A DNA stretch of 64,000 nucleotides from Paraspadella gotoi (GCA_051294375.1 CM119264.1:11968263-12032262); one strand, 5' to 3'. Positions 47,702 to 58,867 are shown, counted from the first letter of the stretch. Notes: generated by a model not told the origin, from the letters alone. Translations and numbers: made by a program.

Positions 47702-50700
47702 TTACATAACGACGCAGCTTTTCGCTCTTTCGCTTCCGGCTTCCAATGGCGTTTCTTCGACAATGGTCCTTGTCACGATCGTCGTCTGCCCAGTCGAGGA
47801 CGTCGACGAAGAAGCGGCTGCCGACGTCGTCGCAGAACTCCTGTAAACGGTGGATGTGACTGGGGAGAAAGAGATGGCCGCGTCCCTCGATGACCTCGTC
47901 CGCGAAGTCATCGGCGTCGAGGACGAGACCGCCGTCAGCTTCATCTCTTTGCCGCCGGCGGACCCCAAAGAGGGCTCCGCCTCGACGGCCATTTCCACGA
48001 AGGATCTCTTCATAGAACGCTTCCGCTTTGTGCTCCGCGCGGGCGACGGAGTTTTCGAGGTGTTGAGACGCTCCTCCTCTCCCTCCAGAAGCTTGCGGTA
48101 GGCGGAGATTTCCATGTCCAGGGCCAATTTGATGTCCAAGAGTTCACGATATTCCGCTAATTGATTCGCCATTTCCTGTTGCAACTCGCCGATCTTAGCG
48201 TCCTTCTCGGCGATTACTCCGCGAAGACCTTCCTCCATCGAGGCGGCGTCTTGTCCCATCTGCTTGACGCGGGCTTCGAAAAGTTTAATTTTGCCCTGGA
48301 GGTCGGTCACTTGAAGACCCAGTTCGTTGATTTTCAAGGAGCTTGAAGAATCGACGACGCTTGCCTTTTCTGGAGATTTTGCCAGCGACTCCTGCAATCC
48401 CCCAAGTTTAGTCTGGTAAATAGCAGCAAGCTCGGCGCGTAAAGCCGTCGACTGCTTATCGTTTTGTTGACGTAACTCTTTCAGATAGGCATGGACTTTG
48501 CTCTCTTTAGGTTCAGAAACGGAGAGCTCGCCACTGACCTCTAGCTTAGATCGGGATTGATTTAATTCTGCGTCAAACAGAGACTTTTTGAAGACCAATT
48601 CTTCTTTGAGAGACTGAAGACGGTTCTCTAGGTCGACTCTGATCAAGGTTTCCTCCTCCAACTGCTTCTTTGCCATGGTAAGTTGGGATTCCAAATCTTC
48701 GTATTTGACGCGAAGGTCAGACAACTCCACTTTGACTCTTTGGCTTTCTCTAGACTCGGCAGCAAGCTGTGCCGAGAGCTCCGTTACTTTCCCCTCTAAA
48801 GCTTTGGCCGACTTTTTCAAAGCAGCAATTTCTGCCTGGCACTGAGCCAGCTCGGCGGCTAAATCCTCGGCCTTGGCTTTCCACTTGCCGACTTCGATCT
48901 GCAGCTTGGCCTTTTCTTTAGAGGTTTGATCGATGAGGATACGAGCGTCGGCTAATTCAGCCTCGAAAATTCCCTTGACGCTGGCGACCTCCTTAATTGC
49001 AGCTTCTTCCGCGCTCAAAATTCTTGCGTCGAGCGTTTGACTGTCGCCTCTCAAACGTTGCACTCGGTCTACGTACGAGGCGAAACGATTGTTTAGAAGT
49101 TGAAGCAAGTCCTTGGTGTGGCTGTAACTCGCGGCCAGAGAATCGGATTTTGAGGCTTTCGATTTTGATTCTTTTGCTTTCATTCCGAAAAGCTCCTCTT
49201 CGGCTTTTAGCATTTTGTCATAGGCCGAAATTTCAAGATCCAAAGCCAGTTTAATATTCATCAACTCTTTAAAATCTAGCATCTTTTCGGACAATTGCGC
49301 TTGGAGATTTTGAATTTCAGCCTCTTTTTCGGACAGGTTAGATAAAAAGGTGACCTCCTTAGCGTTCAATACCCCTTCGAGATTCGCGTATCTCGATTCT
49401 TGGGTTTTCAATTTTTGAAGAAGCTCTTCGATTTTCATAGATAGCTCGTTGATCTTGGATTGACCACTGGCTGTGATTGAAACTGATTTACTTTCTGTAC
49501 CGACCGAATACAAGGTGGCCTGAAGCTCTTGGATTTTGGTGCCATACTTGGATTCCATCTCTAACTTCATGGCGGCCGCTCTCTCGTCATAATGCTGTCG
49601 CAGCTCCTGAAGAGATTTTTCCAAACGAGCATCGTATTCGACCAAAACGGAATCATCCATCTCCACGAGATCAAGGTCCGTCTGTTGCCTCAGCTCCGCT
49701 TCATACATGGAACTTTTAACGTTGGTTTCTTGTTTGAAAGTCGCCATCTCCTTTTCCAGGGTAAGTTTCGACTGATCAGAAATATCCAAGTCTTTCTTCA
49801 AGGAAGTTATCTTGAGTTGCAGCTCGGAGATTTCCGCTTTGAATTTCGCCACGCCGTCAAGCGCCGCTTGTTTCTCCCTCAATGCGGCTTCCAATTTCGC
49901 GGAAAGGGAAGAAATTTCCTTTTCTGCTGATTTTAAATTGCCCTTGAGCATTTTCAATTCAGCCTCCAGGTTTTTTAACTTGGCTCTCAGATCTTCGTTC
50001 GTTTCTTTTAATTTTTTTATCTCCAGAGACAAATTAGCCTTTGCCTTTGACAACTCGTCCACCATCTTCTGTTTCTCCGTCAACCTAACCTCGTATCCCT
50101 CTTTCATTTTCGCCATTTGCTTTTGCTTTTGATCCTCGAAGTTTTGCAACTGAAGGCGAAGTTCCTTCTTCTCAACTTCGAGATGCTTGAGATTTTCCTC
50201 GATGAATCCGGCAAATCGATCGTTCAGCATCTGCAATTCCTTCTTGAGGTCACCCTTGACCTTGGAGGGCTTGGCGATGCGTACTCTCTCTTCCTCGGAA
50301 AGAAGCAACTTATTGTAGGCTTCGACTTCGACCTCGAGTGCAAGATGCAAGTTGATCAAGTCGTTGTATTTCTTCATGCAAGACGACACCTGGCCTTGGA
50401 GCTCGGTTATTTGTTTGTCCTTTGTTACCAGCGCAGCGTTATGTTTCGCCTCTCTGCCGGCAGATTCCCTCTCCATACTGGCGATTTTTGATTCGTACAT
50501 TTTAATTTTTCCGTTCAGATTGTTGATTTGCAGAGCAAGATCCGAGATTTGCATTTCGCTTTTGGCGAGATCGGCGGAGGCGTCGGTATCGACCGGCACC
50601 GTCTGCCTCGCGGCGCTGAATCCCTTTGCGTGAGACTTGTACATATTTTGCAACTCGGCCTGTAACTCCGCCGCCTTCTTGTCATAATGCTCTCTCAAGC

Positions 50701-51610
50701 CCCTGAGCGATTCCTGCAGCTTTAACTCGATGTTGACGGCCGACTGCTTATAACCCCTGGTGACAGGCGAACCAGCTCCTCCCACCTCGAACACGCTCGT
50801 CTTAAACTCCAACTCTTCCTTCAATGACTGCATCTGGTTCTCCAAGGCGGCCCGCTGAAGCACGCTTTCCTCGAGCTTTGATCGGGCCGCGTCGAATTGC
50901 TTTTCCAGCTCGGCGAACCGGGTCTTCAGAGAAGTGCATTCCATCACTGCGGCCTTTCCCTCGCTCGTCGCCGCACTCAACTTCTCCGTGAGGGCAACGA
51001 TTTTAGCCTCGGCGTCTCCGAGCGCCTTACGCAGCCTCGTCGCATCCGCGTCGCTCTTGGCGAGTTGGGCGGTGGAGGCGTCCGCCTCTCCCTTCCATCG
51101 TTTCGCTTCGAGCTCGAGGCGTCCGTTTCGATCCTCGGCGTCAACGAGGCGTCGATTGACGTCGGAGATTTGCGTCTCGAAAAGGCTCTTCAGTCCTGAG
51201 ATTTCCTGAACGTAGGTCTCCTTTGTGTTGGTGATTTGCACTGTGAGCGAAAGATTTTCCGCTTCCAAATTCCGAACTCTCTCGATGTAGTTGGCGAATC
51301 GGTCGTTGAGAACCTGAAGCTCTTCCTTTTCGTGAAGACGTTGGACTCGCGCCGGAGAGATGGGCGATTGACGCGAGGAAGCGCCGGAGCCGTTCATCGA
51401 AGCTGCGCCGTTTTTCGAAGACGCAGTCACCGATGCGTAGGAAGCCTTGGCGCCTTTCGTCACTGACGACGACGACGAAGTTTGAACGAAGGTTTTCGTC
51501 TGCTGAACGAAAGGCGTTGACGACGACGATTCTTGGACGGAGATGGCGACGCCTTCGGTTGGATCCGGCGTCTTCTGTCGCTTCGATCCTTTTTTCCCGC
51601 GGGACGACAT
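47702..51610 (-). CDS. Lamin-like nuclear intermediate filament protein with three tandem rod domains, NLS and CaaX, lacking the Ig/LTD domain (1302 aa, single exon)
   Basis: Uninterrupted 3909-nt ORF. Lamin head/coil-1A signature SPISPARVQRLHEKEELQVLNDRFANYIERVRNLEAEN (cf. the lamin pattern [21 protein letters not shown]). Three LN[D/N]RF coil-1A motifs (L101, L462, L839) and three coil-2 end motifs (AYNKLLLSEEER A431, AYDKMLKAEEEL A796, AYRKLLEGEEERL A1170). Tail carries TPSP+KRKR and ends in CVVM-stop. Confidence 0.95.
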   Translation of the reverse strand: MSSRGKKGSKRQKTPDPTEGVAISVQESSSSTPFVQQTKTFVQTSSSSSVTKGAKASYASVTASSKNGAASMNGSGASSRQSPISPARVQRLHEKEELQVLNDRFANYIERVRNLEAENLSLTVQITNTKETYVQEISGLKSLFETQISDVNRRLVDAEDRNGRLELEAKRWKGEADASTAQLAKSDADATRLRKALGDAEAKIVALTEKLSAATSEGKAAVMECTSLKTRFAELEKQFDAARSKLEESVLQRAALENQMQSLKEELEFKTSVFEVGGAGSPVTRGYKQSAVNIELKLQESLRGLREHYDKKAAELQAELQNMYKSHAKGFSAARQTVPVDTDASADLAKSEMQISDLALQINNLNGKIKMYESKIASMERESAGREAKHNAALVTKDKQITELQGQVSSCMKKYNDLINLHLALEVEVEAYNKLLLSEEERVRIAKPSKVKGDLKKELQMLNDRFAGFIEENLKHLEVEKKELRLQLQNFEDQKQKQMAKMKEGYEVRLTEKQKMVDELSKAKANLSLEIKKLKETNEDLRAKLKNLEAELKMLKGNLKSAEKEISSLSAKLEAALREKQAALDGVAKFKAEISELQLKITSLKKDLDISDQSKLTLEKEMATFKQETNVKSSMYEAELRQQTDLDLVEMDDSVLVEYDARLEKSLQELRQHYDERAAAMKLEMESKYGTKIQELQATLYSVGTESKSVSITASGQSKINELSMKIEELLQKLKTQESRYANLEGVLNAKEVTFLSNLSEKEAEIQNLQAQLSEKMLDFKELMNIKLALDLEISAYDKMLKAEEELFGMKAKESKSKASKSDSLAASYSHTKDLLQLLNNRFASYVDRVQRLRGDSQTLDARILSAEEAAIKEVASVKGIFEAELADARILIDQTSKEKAKLQIEVGKWKAKAEDLAAELAQCQAEIAALKKSAKALEGKVTELSAQLAAESRESQRVKVELSDLRVKYEDLESQLTMAKKQLEEETLIRVDLENRLQSLKEELVFKKSLFDAELNQSRSKLEVSGELSVSEPKESKVHAYLKELRQQNDKQSTALRAELAAIYQTKLGGLQESLAKSPEKASVVDSSSSLKINELGLQVTDLQGKIKLFEARVKQMGQDAASMEEGLRGVIAEKDAKIGELQQEMANQLAEYRELLDIKLALDMEISAYRKLLEGEEERLNTSKTPSPARSTKRKRSMKRSFVEMAVEAEPSLGSAGGKEMKLTAVSSSTPMTSRTRSSRDAAISFSPVTSTVYRSSATTSAAASSSTSSTGQTTIVTRTIVEETPLEAGSERAKSCVVM
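48068..49117 (-). other. IF rod domain 3 of the lamin-like protein (aa ~832-1181)
   Basis: Runs from LLQLLNNRFASYVDRV through KKQLEEETLIRVDLENRLQSLKEELVF to LLDIKLALDMEISAYRKLLEGEEERL. Spacing is 331 aa. By eye this is the most canonical lamin rod. Confidence 0.92.
49190..50248 (-). other. IF rod domain 2 of the lamin-like protein (aa ~455-807)
   Basis: Runs from LKKELQMLNDRFAGFIEE to IKLALDLEISAYDKMLKAEEEL. Spacing is 334 aa. Contains EYDARLEKSLQELRQHYD, typical of lamin coil 2 start. Confidence 0.88.
50285..51331 (-). other. IF rod domain 1 of the lamin-like protein (aa ~94-442)
   Basis: Runs from EKEELQVLNDRFANYIERV to LALEVEVEAYNKLLLSEEER. LNDR-to-AY spacing is 330 aa, the long lamin-type coil 1B. 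Internal LEESVLQRAALENQMQSLKEELEF matches lamin coil 1B end. Confidence 0.9.
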
Positions 51611-52527
51611 TTTTTTAAGAATTTGGATTCAACAAAGTACAGGCCGGCGGCGAATTAATATTTTTTATCCAAAAGAACCTTTATTTCTGTTTTCTTAGGT
51701 TTTAAGCTTTGTGTTTTTGTTTCCAACTTTTACCGCTTCGCCGTCATGCCTCGACGCAAACTTTCGTCCAGCATTTAGAGAAGAAAAAAACGAAAACACT
51801 CCAGGAATCTTTCGAAAGGCCGGGCCAAGCTTCAATTCGACGACGACGACGACGACGACGACTATTAAAACCACCAAGGAGCTCTGCACCTTGGATGAGC
51901 GGGAAGATAGAATATTGCCGGGCCGCCGTTGCGTCGGGCTGCGGCTTTCTGAAGCGGCGTAACGCTGCGTAATGCGGCAGTGGCGAATCAGGGCGAGGCG
52001 GCGAAACTTGCCCGACGAGTTTTAGACAGAGAAAGTCTGTCTGACGCCGATTCACTCCCGTTCAAAAGGTTTCGAGGAAACAATTCTGTTGAAATAAAAT
52101 TTAACATTCAACAATTTTAATAAATGCATTAAAAAGTTTCAGTTAATTGAAAGTGATAAGAAAAAATACATTTATAAAATTATCACTGATTATCTGGCAG
52201 TCCCAAACGATCTTTTAATGTAACAACCCTTAGGAGTTGGGGTAAATCGAGTTCTTCTCCTAATTATATCCACCCAAACTGTTAAAGATAATTAAGAATA
52301 TCTTTTTTTATTTTGTTGATCAACCAAGAGAGGGCCAACGTAAATATTTTAACCCAAAGCAGAAAAAAAGGTATTTGGGATTTTGCCATGCAGATACGCC
52401 GATTTTGACAGTAAATTCGCAGGGAAATTCTTGCCGAATCTGATAAACTACGACTACGCCAAATTTATCTTTCGGTAATAGTAATTTAAACGTTAGAGAG
52501 CGACGACTACTTATATCGATTATTATA

Positions 52528-52601
<74 letters not shown>
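52528..52601. repeat. (ACG)n trinucleotide microsatellite upstream of the lamin-like gene
   Basis: Directly visible perfect tract. Confidence 0.95.
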
Positions 52602-52687
52602 AGGATTTTCTTGTTTCGTCGGCGATAAAATAAAAGGGTCGTCAACGATCGAGTCGTGAATTCAGTTTAGAAAACTTTTACTTAGGC

Positions 52688-52730
<43 letters not shown>

Positions 52731-55385
52731 TCTCAATGTATATTTTCGTGCCGCTGGGACGTAATATCCCGGTCCGCTCGAAAGAACACCTTCCTGCTTC
52801 TGGCATGCGGCTTTAAAAACCTTCTCTCTTTTCCCTTTTTTTTTTTTTCTTTTCCTACTTTTCCCCCCTTTTTCCCGCTAAAATTTAAATCGGATTTTTA
52901 AAAGGGCGCAACCGACGAGAATTTTTTTCCCCCTTTTTTGAAAATTGAAATAAAAAAAACGTGGATTCGAGCCGAAAGGAAAAAAAACCCAAATTTGTTT
53001 GCTTTTAATTACGATTAATTCTTTGTTTTATTATTAAACATTAATATTTTTTATTTGGCAATAATTTTGCGACCACGTGCTAAAAACGTGCGGCTTTTAG
53101 TCGTCGAGTGAGGAACGAGGAAGCAACGTTGCGCGGCTTGAATTTATTGTGTTTTTTTTTTCAACTTTCCCCCCCCCCAAAAAAAAGGTTTCATCCGAAT
53201 AAAAAAGGCAAAATTTTTGATGTGGTGACTCATCCTTAAAGAATCCTTTATGACCGGCGTTTTTCGAGGCAGAAATTTTTGAAATTAAAACGAAACTTCC
53301 TGTTGTTAGATGTTGAGACTTTTATTCAAACATAACAAACCCGCATCGTTCGATTCTTGGTTTCGATTACGAGAAATATTTGAGAACTATATTTATAGTG
53401 AAGTGGAACAGCTACACCCACGACATTAGCAAAAAAATTCAAGAGAAGAAGGTGGCAGAGCGAGAGTTTTGTGTGGAGCACACATTGGCTCGGATAGATC
53501 GAGNNNNNNNNNNAGAGAGAGAGAGAGAGAGTTAGAGAGTCTCAGTCAGAGAAGAATCCTTGGGTCGAGATAACTTTATAACCCAATTTTTTTCTCCTTT
53601 ATTTTCTATTTCTTTCAATCCCCTTTTTCTATTTCTACTTCTTTTTCTGTTTTGATTTCTTTTTCCATTTTTCCCCGTCGTTTTCTCGTTCAACCTTGAA
53701 AATCGAAGGAAATTTTCAGCGGAGAGAATCGAATCGAATGGAAAAAAAGAATATATTTTCCGAGTTTGTTGAGGTTTTTAAAATATATTGGTGTTTTTTC
53801 TTTTTATTCTTTGACAAAGTATGGAAAATTGTTGAAATGGTAAAGATTAAAGAATTTTCAAATGTTTTTATTAATATCAACATCTAACGTTTCAATTCAG
53901 TGACAAACTCGGGACCTCACTGACAGCGACCATTCTGATCAGATCACTCACTGATTCCTCAGACCCCCAGATTCCATTTTGCCAAGCTGAGAAATTAAAA
54001 ATGATATCGAGTATGACTAATTTTTTATGCCAACTCTTTAGTCTAAACTCTACGTTCACAGTCTACTCTCTTCTCTTAGTCATATTTATATTTTTGAATT
54101 TTTTTCTTCGATTTTTGTCATCTTCTTTTTCAATTTTATATTTCTGATCTTTTATATTCGTCGCCGGCCTTTAATCTTCTCTTTTGTCTTCCCTCAACTT
54201 TCTTTACTTTGTAAGACGTATAGAAATAAAAAAAGAAGGAAGGTTTATATAATTAATCAAATATTAAAAGCGAGATGCTCTTTTTTCTCTATTTTTAACT
54301 CCCTCTGTTTCCGGCTGCGTTGTTTTTTTTTTCTTTTCAAAGACGCTTCTTTCAGTGCAAAAAAGCCTGCAAAGTTCAAGCAGATTGAATCCAGTCGTGG
54401 CAGAAGCTTGAAAAAGAGCGTTTAAAAAAACATGTTAAGCCTTAAATTAAGGACATTAAAAAAACTCGCAATTGCCCTACGTGGCGCGTGAGAGGTTCGC
54501 TTTTGAGAAGGATAAATTACACGGTAATAGTCGATACAATAACCATTAACCATACAAGAATTTCAGCTTAAAAAGCGAGCGACCTATATATATTGACTAG
54601 CACTAGAAGAGAAAACCTTTTTATTGCAGGCAAGAACATTACTGAAGTGCAAAATATGAAAAGCAAGCGAAGAAAAAAAAATTGAAAGAATCTCCATCAG
54701 GGCGCATGAAAGCGCGTGTCAGACAACGCGCTTGCTTCGAACGGCACCCGTAAATCCGCGTGTAACTTCGCGCGCGAGAGAAAATACAAAAAAAATCGAG
54801 CACGAAGAAGACCCTCCTTATATTTCCTTTTTTTTTTCTTTTTCTTCTTCTTTCTTTTATCTCTCGAAAGAAACAGTTTGAAAAAAAAGTGTCAAAAAAA
54901 AAAAAAAAATCGGGGTCGACCGTCGTGAGGAGCGCGGGTTAATGACGCCGTCGTTTCCGGCGCGGAGGGACCTTGACTCGAACTTCGTCCCCGTCACCCC
55001 AGTCGACCCTGTCACCCCGCCACCCCTGTCATCCCTGTCACGGCGTCACCCGCGTCACCGGGAGGAAGATGTTGAAGATGAAGGTGAGAGAGGGCGGCGC
55101 CCGCGGTTATGACCTTAATGTCGCGAGCGAAGCGCGATCGGCATGAGAGAGGACGACGTTGACGATGGGGGGGGGGAGTGCCAGAGGTCGAGGGGTGGAG
55201 GGGAGGGGTTTGTCGATTGTCTTTGATGTGGGGACGAGTATGGAGAACTGACAGTGAAATGGGGGAAGATTTTTTAGCAGTCAAAAAAAGAATCATGATG
55301 ACGATGACGATTCAGTCTCCGATGGGACGAAAGGTGGCGTTGGCGGTTTTTTATGAGGACGTCGATGACGAACGGAATGAAGTGT

Positions 55386-55470
<85 letters not shown>

Positions 55471-56901
55471 AGAGAGAAGGGGAACAAATAAACGCGATGA
55501 TGACGACGATAACAAGTGTGAAGTGTGAAGAGGGTGAAAATTATGGCCATGACGAGGTTGACCCGAAGGATATAAAAGCTGAAGGGACTTTAGCTTGGCG
55601 AGCGGTGATTACGATGGAGAAGACACCTTTTGAAACGATGAAACGCGAAACGGTAATATTCGGCTTTGATTTGTAATTTCGTATTGTGGCAATCGCAAAT
55701 AGTTCGTTTGTTAATAATGTTGTGAAGATTGTTTGCCGCGCTTAGCTGAGAACAAAAAGAGAAGCCCGTTGATTTCCACATGGATGACGACGTCTTTGCC
55801 GACGCGTTGCTTGTCAATTGCCGCGCCTTTGGTTTTCTGCCAAGACCGAGATTCCGTGAAAACTCGGAAGCTAAGAGGAAAAAAAGGAAAGAAACCAATC
55901 GTATAAAGAAATATCGAAATTGAATTTATTCCGAAAAAAAATCAAAGATGGCGGTTTTTTTTTTGGTTTAGTTCTATCCACTTCTTTTTTAGTTTTCTTC
56001 TCCTTGCACAATTTTCTCTTTTCATCTCGATCTTGGCGGGAAAAAAATAAAAAGCTCGTGATTGAAAAAAAAAATAGAGGATTGTGACACAGGCCGGAGG
56101 GGGGGTTATGAAATGTTGAAAAAAAGGAGTGGCAAAATTTCCTGGGTGTTTTTAAATATCATGTCTTTTAGCGAAAACANNNNNNNNNNAAGGCGTAAAT
56201 AAAAAAAAGGGTTTGATTGACGTTAAAAAGTGGTTTTTAACAAATATTGGATGTCACTTGTGATAATCGAGACGCATGAGTTGGAATTCTGTCAAACGTG
56301 AAAATATCGGAGGAAAAAAAGAAAAACTCGAATTATCTGCTCGAAGTTGACCCGGGAGAATTTGCGGATAAAAAAAAAATTTCGAATTATATTTGAGATT
56401 ATGTAATACGTAAGTTGTACGGTGGCCGCTATAGTATTACATACGCCCAAAATTTTCTCAAAGCATGACGTTTTTTAAACGTGTTAATAAACAGGCCAAT
56501 GCTCTAATCGATTTCAAGTTTACCGTATAAAGATAACCGAGAGAAAACTTCCAATGTCCAATGGTCGATCAGAGGACATTCCGCGTTTCCTCAACATTTT
56601 TATGGTCCGTTGGTGCGACGTTAGAATTTTTATGGGACAGTAAAACGAGTCTTAAGATTTTTTTTTTTCAGTCAGAAAAACAATATTCGTTTTCTGTCAA
56701 AACAGAGAAATTTTTGGCAGGAATATTTTTTATTCACTTTTCTTCTTTTTTTTAAAAAGTTTTAGTTCCGGCCGAACATGCAACATTCCACTACGCTTTA
56801 CTACGGAAATTGCATACTTCGAAGAGGACAAGTTGTTTATTAAAATCAATAATATTGAGTCTATTTTTGTACATTTATATATCGAGACGTTAGCCACTTT
56901 T

Positions 56902-56977
56902 GTTTCTCTATTTATCGACGTCAAACTCAGTACGAAAGGTTTCTCTATTTATCGACGTCAAACTCAGTACGAAAGGT
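56902..56977. repeat. Perfect 37-bp tandem duplication
   Basis: gtttctctatttatcgacgtcaaactcagtacgaaag x2. Confidence 0.95.
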
Positions 56978-57986
56978 AAGTTATATGGAGAAGAGGTTGG
57001 GACGATAAACGTAGTTACAAGGATCTGGGCACAAAAAGAGAGTAATGCTGGCTTAGTACTTGGCTTGTGGAATGTAGTCAAGAAAAGAAAAGAAAGAATC
57101 TGGTCGTGCGATAAAAAGGAAATCTTTGTGGGTTTGAGAAAGTGGAGGGAGGATGGGACTATAAAATCTCAATCTTAAAAGATCTGAAGGTCGAGAGGGT
57201 TTTTATTTTTATTAGGAGGAAAGGGTTACAACCCGTGTTTGTCAGGACTTTTCTCCTTTCTTTATACAAAGATCCCCGATGCGAAGAATGTAAGAGAAAA
57301 TTTCAAACAAAAAAATTGTGAGAGAAAAATCTCGTCGGTCCGAGGTGAGTTGACTGATGAGGCATGAGAGAAACGAGGTAGGAGTAGAAGTAGCGCCGCT
57401 TGCGCCGTCTTTCGACTCGCGGCGTCGAATTCGCGCCAGGGCGCCGGTTTCCACACATGGCGGGTTTTTCTCGCCTCGACAATTTTGGTTCCTGACTTTC
57501 TACCTCCGTTGCGCTTTTGTTTTTGGGTTTTTTTTCCAGTGCTGTTGTTACAAAAAAACTATTTGTTGCTTTAATTTTTAACGCATAGTTCGTTTATTGT
57601 AAATATTGTAATGTTGAAGAGAATAACGTACCAGTGATCGTTATTTATATGTGCTTTGTTCCTTATCTGAGATACCAAGAATATAAAAGCGTTACTTTTT
57701 TTTTTAATTTGGCATCGAGAAACAGAAAATGAATTTTAAATTTTAAAAGCTCTCCCCAGATTGCTCTTTTGACCTGATCGAACTGTAATTAGTACACCTA
57801 GAGGGTAGAGGGCTCATTCGATCAGAGTAAAAAGAAGAACAATCGTTTACTTTGTATAGATTCGATGGGCGTTAAAATAATATATTGATTCGAAAGCAAG
57901 ATACATACAAATTGTAAGTAAATAGTTTGAATTAAACTGAGATAAAAATGGAATTATAGCCTATATAAGAGAGAAGAAAAGAGAGA

Positions 57987-58035
<49 letters not shown>

Positions 58036-58765
58036 GTTTTTGCCGAGAAAAATACCCTTTTGACCCCCTGAGTCGTTATCCTCGCAATTCTGGGCTGAAA
58101 AGGTTAAAGGGACGCTTTTAAGCCAAACTTCCGGTGAAAAAAAAAACATAAACGCGAAAAGGTGCGAAACGGCGTTTGTCTCGGCCACATTGCTTCCTCC
58201 GTGTCACCGCCCAGCTGCGTCACGATTCTTTCGTCGTCACTCTGGTTTAGAAAACAGTTTGTTATTTCGAAGGTTTTTATTTCGTTTCCGAGTCGATGAT
58301 GTTTTTATTTCAATGACGGTTACATTTAGGTTTTTGTTATTCTTTTGATTTTCTACGTCTAAATATTCTTAAGTTAAGCTTTATAACTCGCGCGATAACA
58401 TTGAATATCTAACCATATTTTGGCATTAAGTCATCGTATCGATTCGGCGTCAGATTTGATTTTTGCCATGAGGCGCCATTGGAACCATATAATCTAATAT
58501 TTCTACTTTGACTCACCCCCATTATCCATTACCATATTTCTATCTTTTTCTCTCGTCACACCTTCTCAGCCATGAGTACCCCTTTAACGTTCGCCGCTTC
58601 GCCCCGTTTTTCCATCAACGGGTACCGCCCCTACGTTCGAGCCATTGCACCGCTTTGCTCTCAGCGAGGGCCTCCTTCTGCGACATCAGCACTTCATCGA
58701 CGCGCGCGGCAATATTATTTGTTTACAAGAAACTCGACGGAGAGAAGCGATTCAAAATAGAGAGG

Positions 58766-58789
58766 GACGACGACGACGACGACGACAAA

Positions 58790-58865
<76 letters not shown>
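58766..58865. repeat. Compound (GAC)n-(GAT)n microsatellite
   Basis: Directly visible. Confidence 0.95.

Positions 58866-58867
<2 letters not shown>

Noticed and set aside
47702-51610. Lamin triplication as an assembly artefact, or as a generic myosin-like coiled coil
   Set aside because: The rods differ extensively in amino-acid sequence, the frame is intact without indels or gaps, and each rod has both IF boundary motifs at lamin spacing.
47850-51618. Multiple + strand ORFs overlapping the lamin
   Set aside because: Antisense shadows of the real minus-strand CDS with no motifs.
54985-55062. 9-bp GTCACCCC-type repeats giving Gly-periodic (collagen-like) translation
   Set aside because: Very short, frame-inconsistent and interrupted by stops. 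Treated as a degenerate minisatellite.
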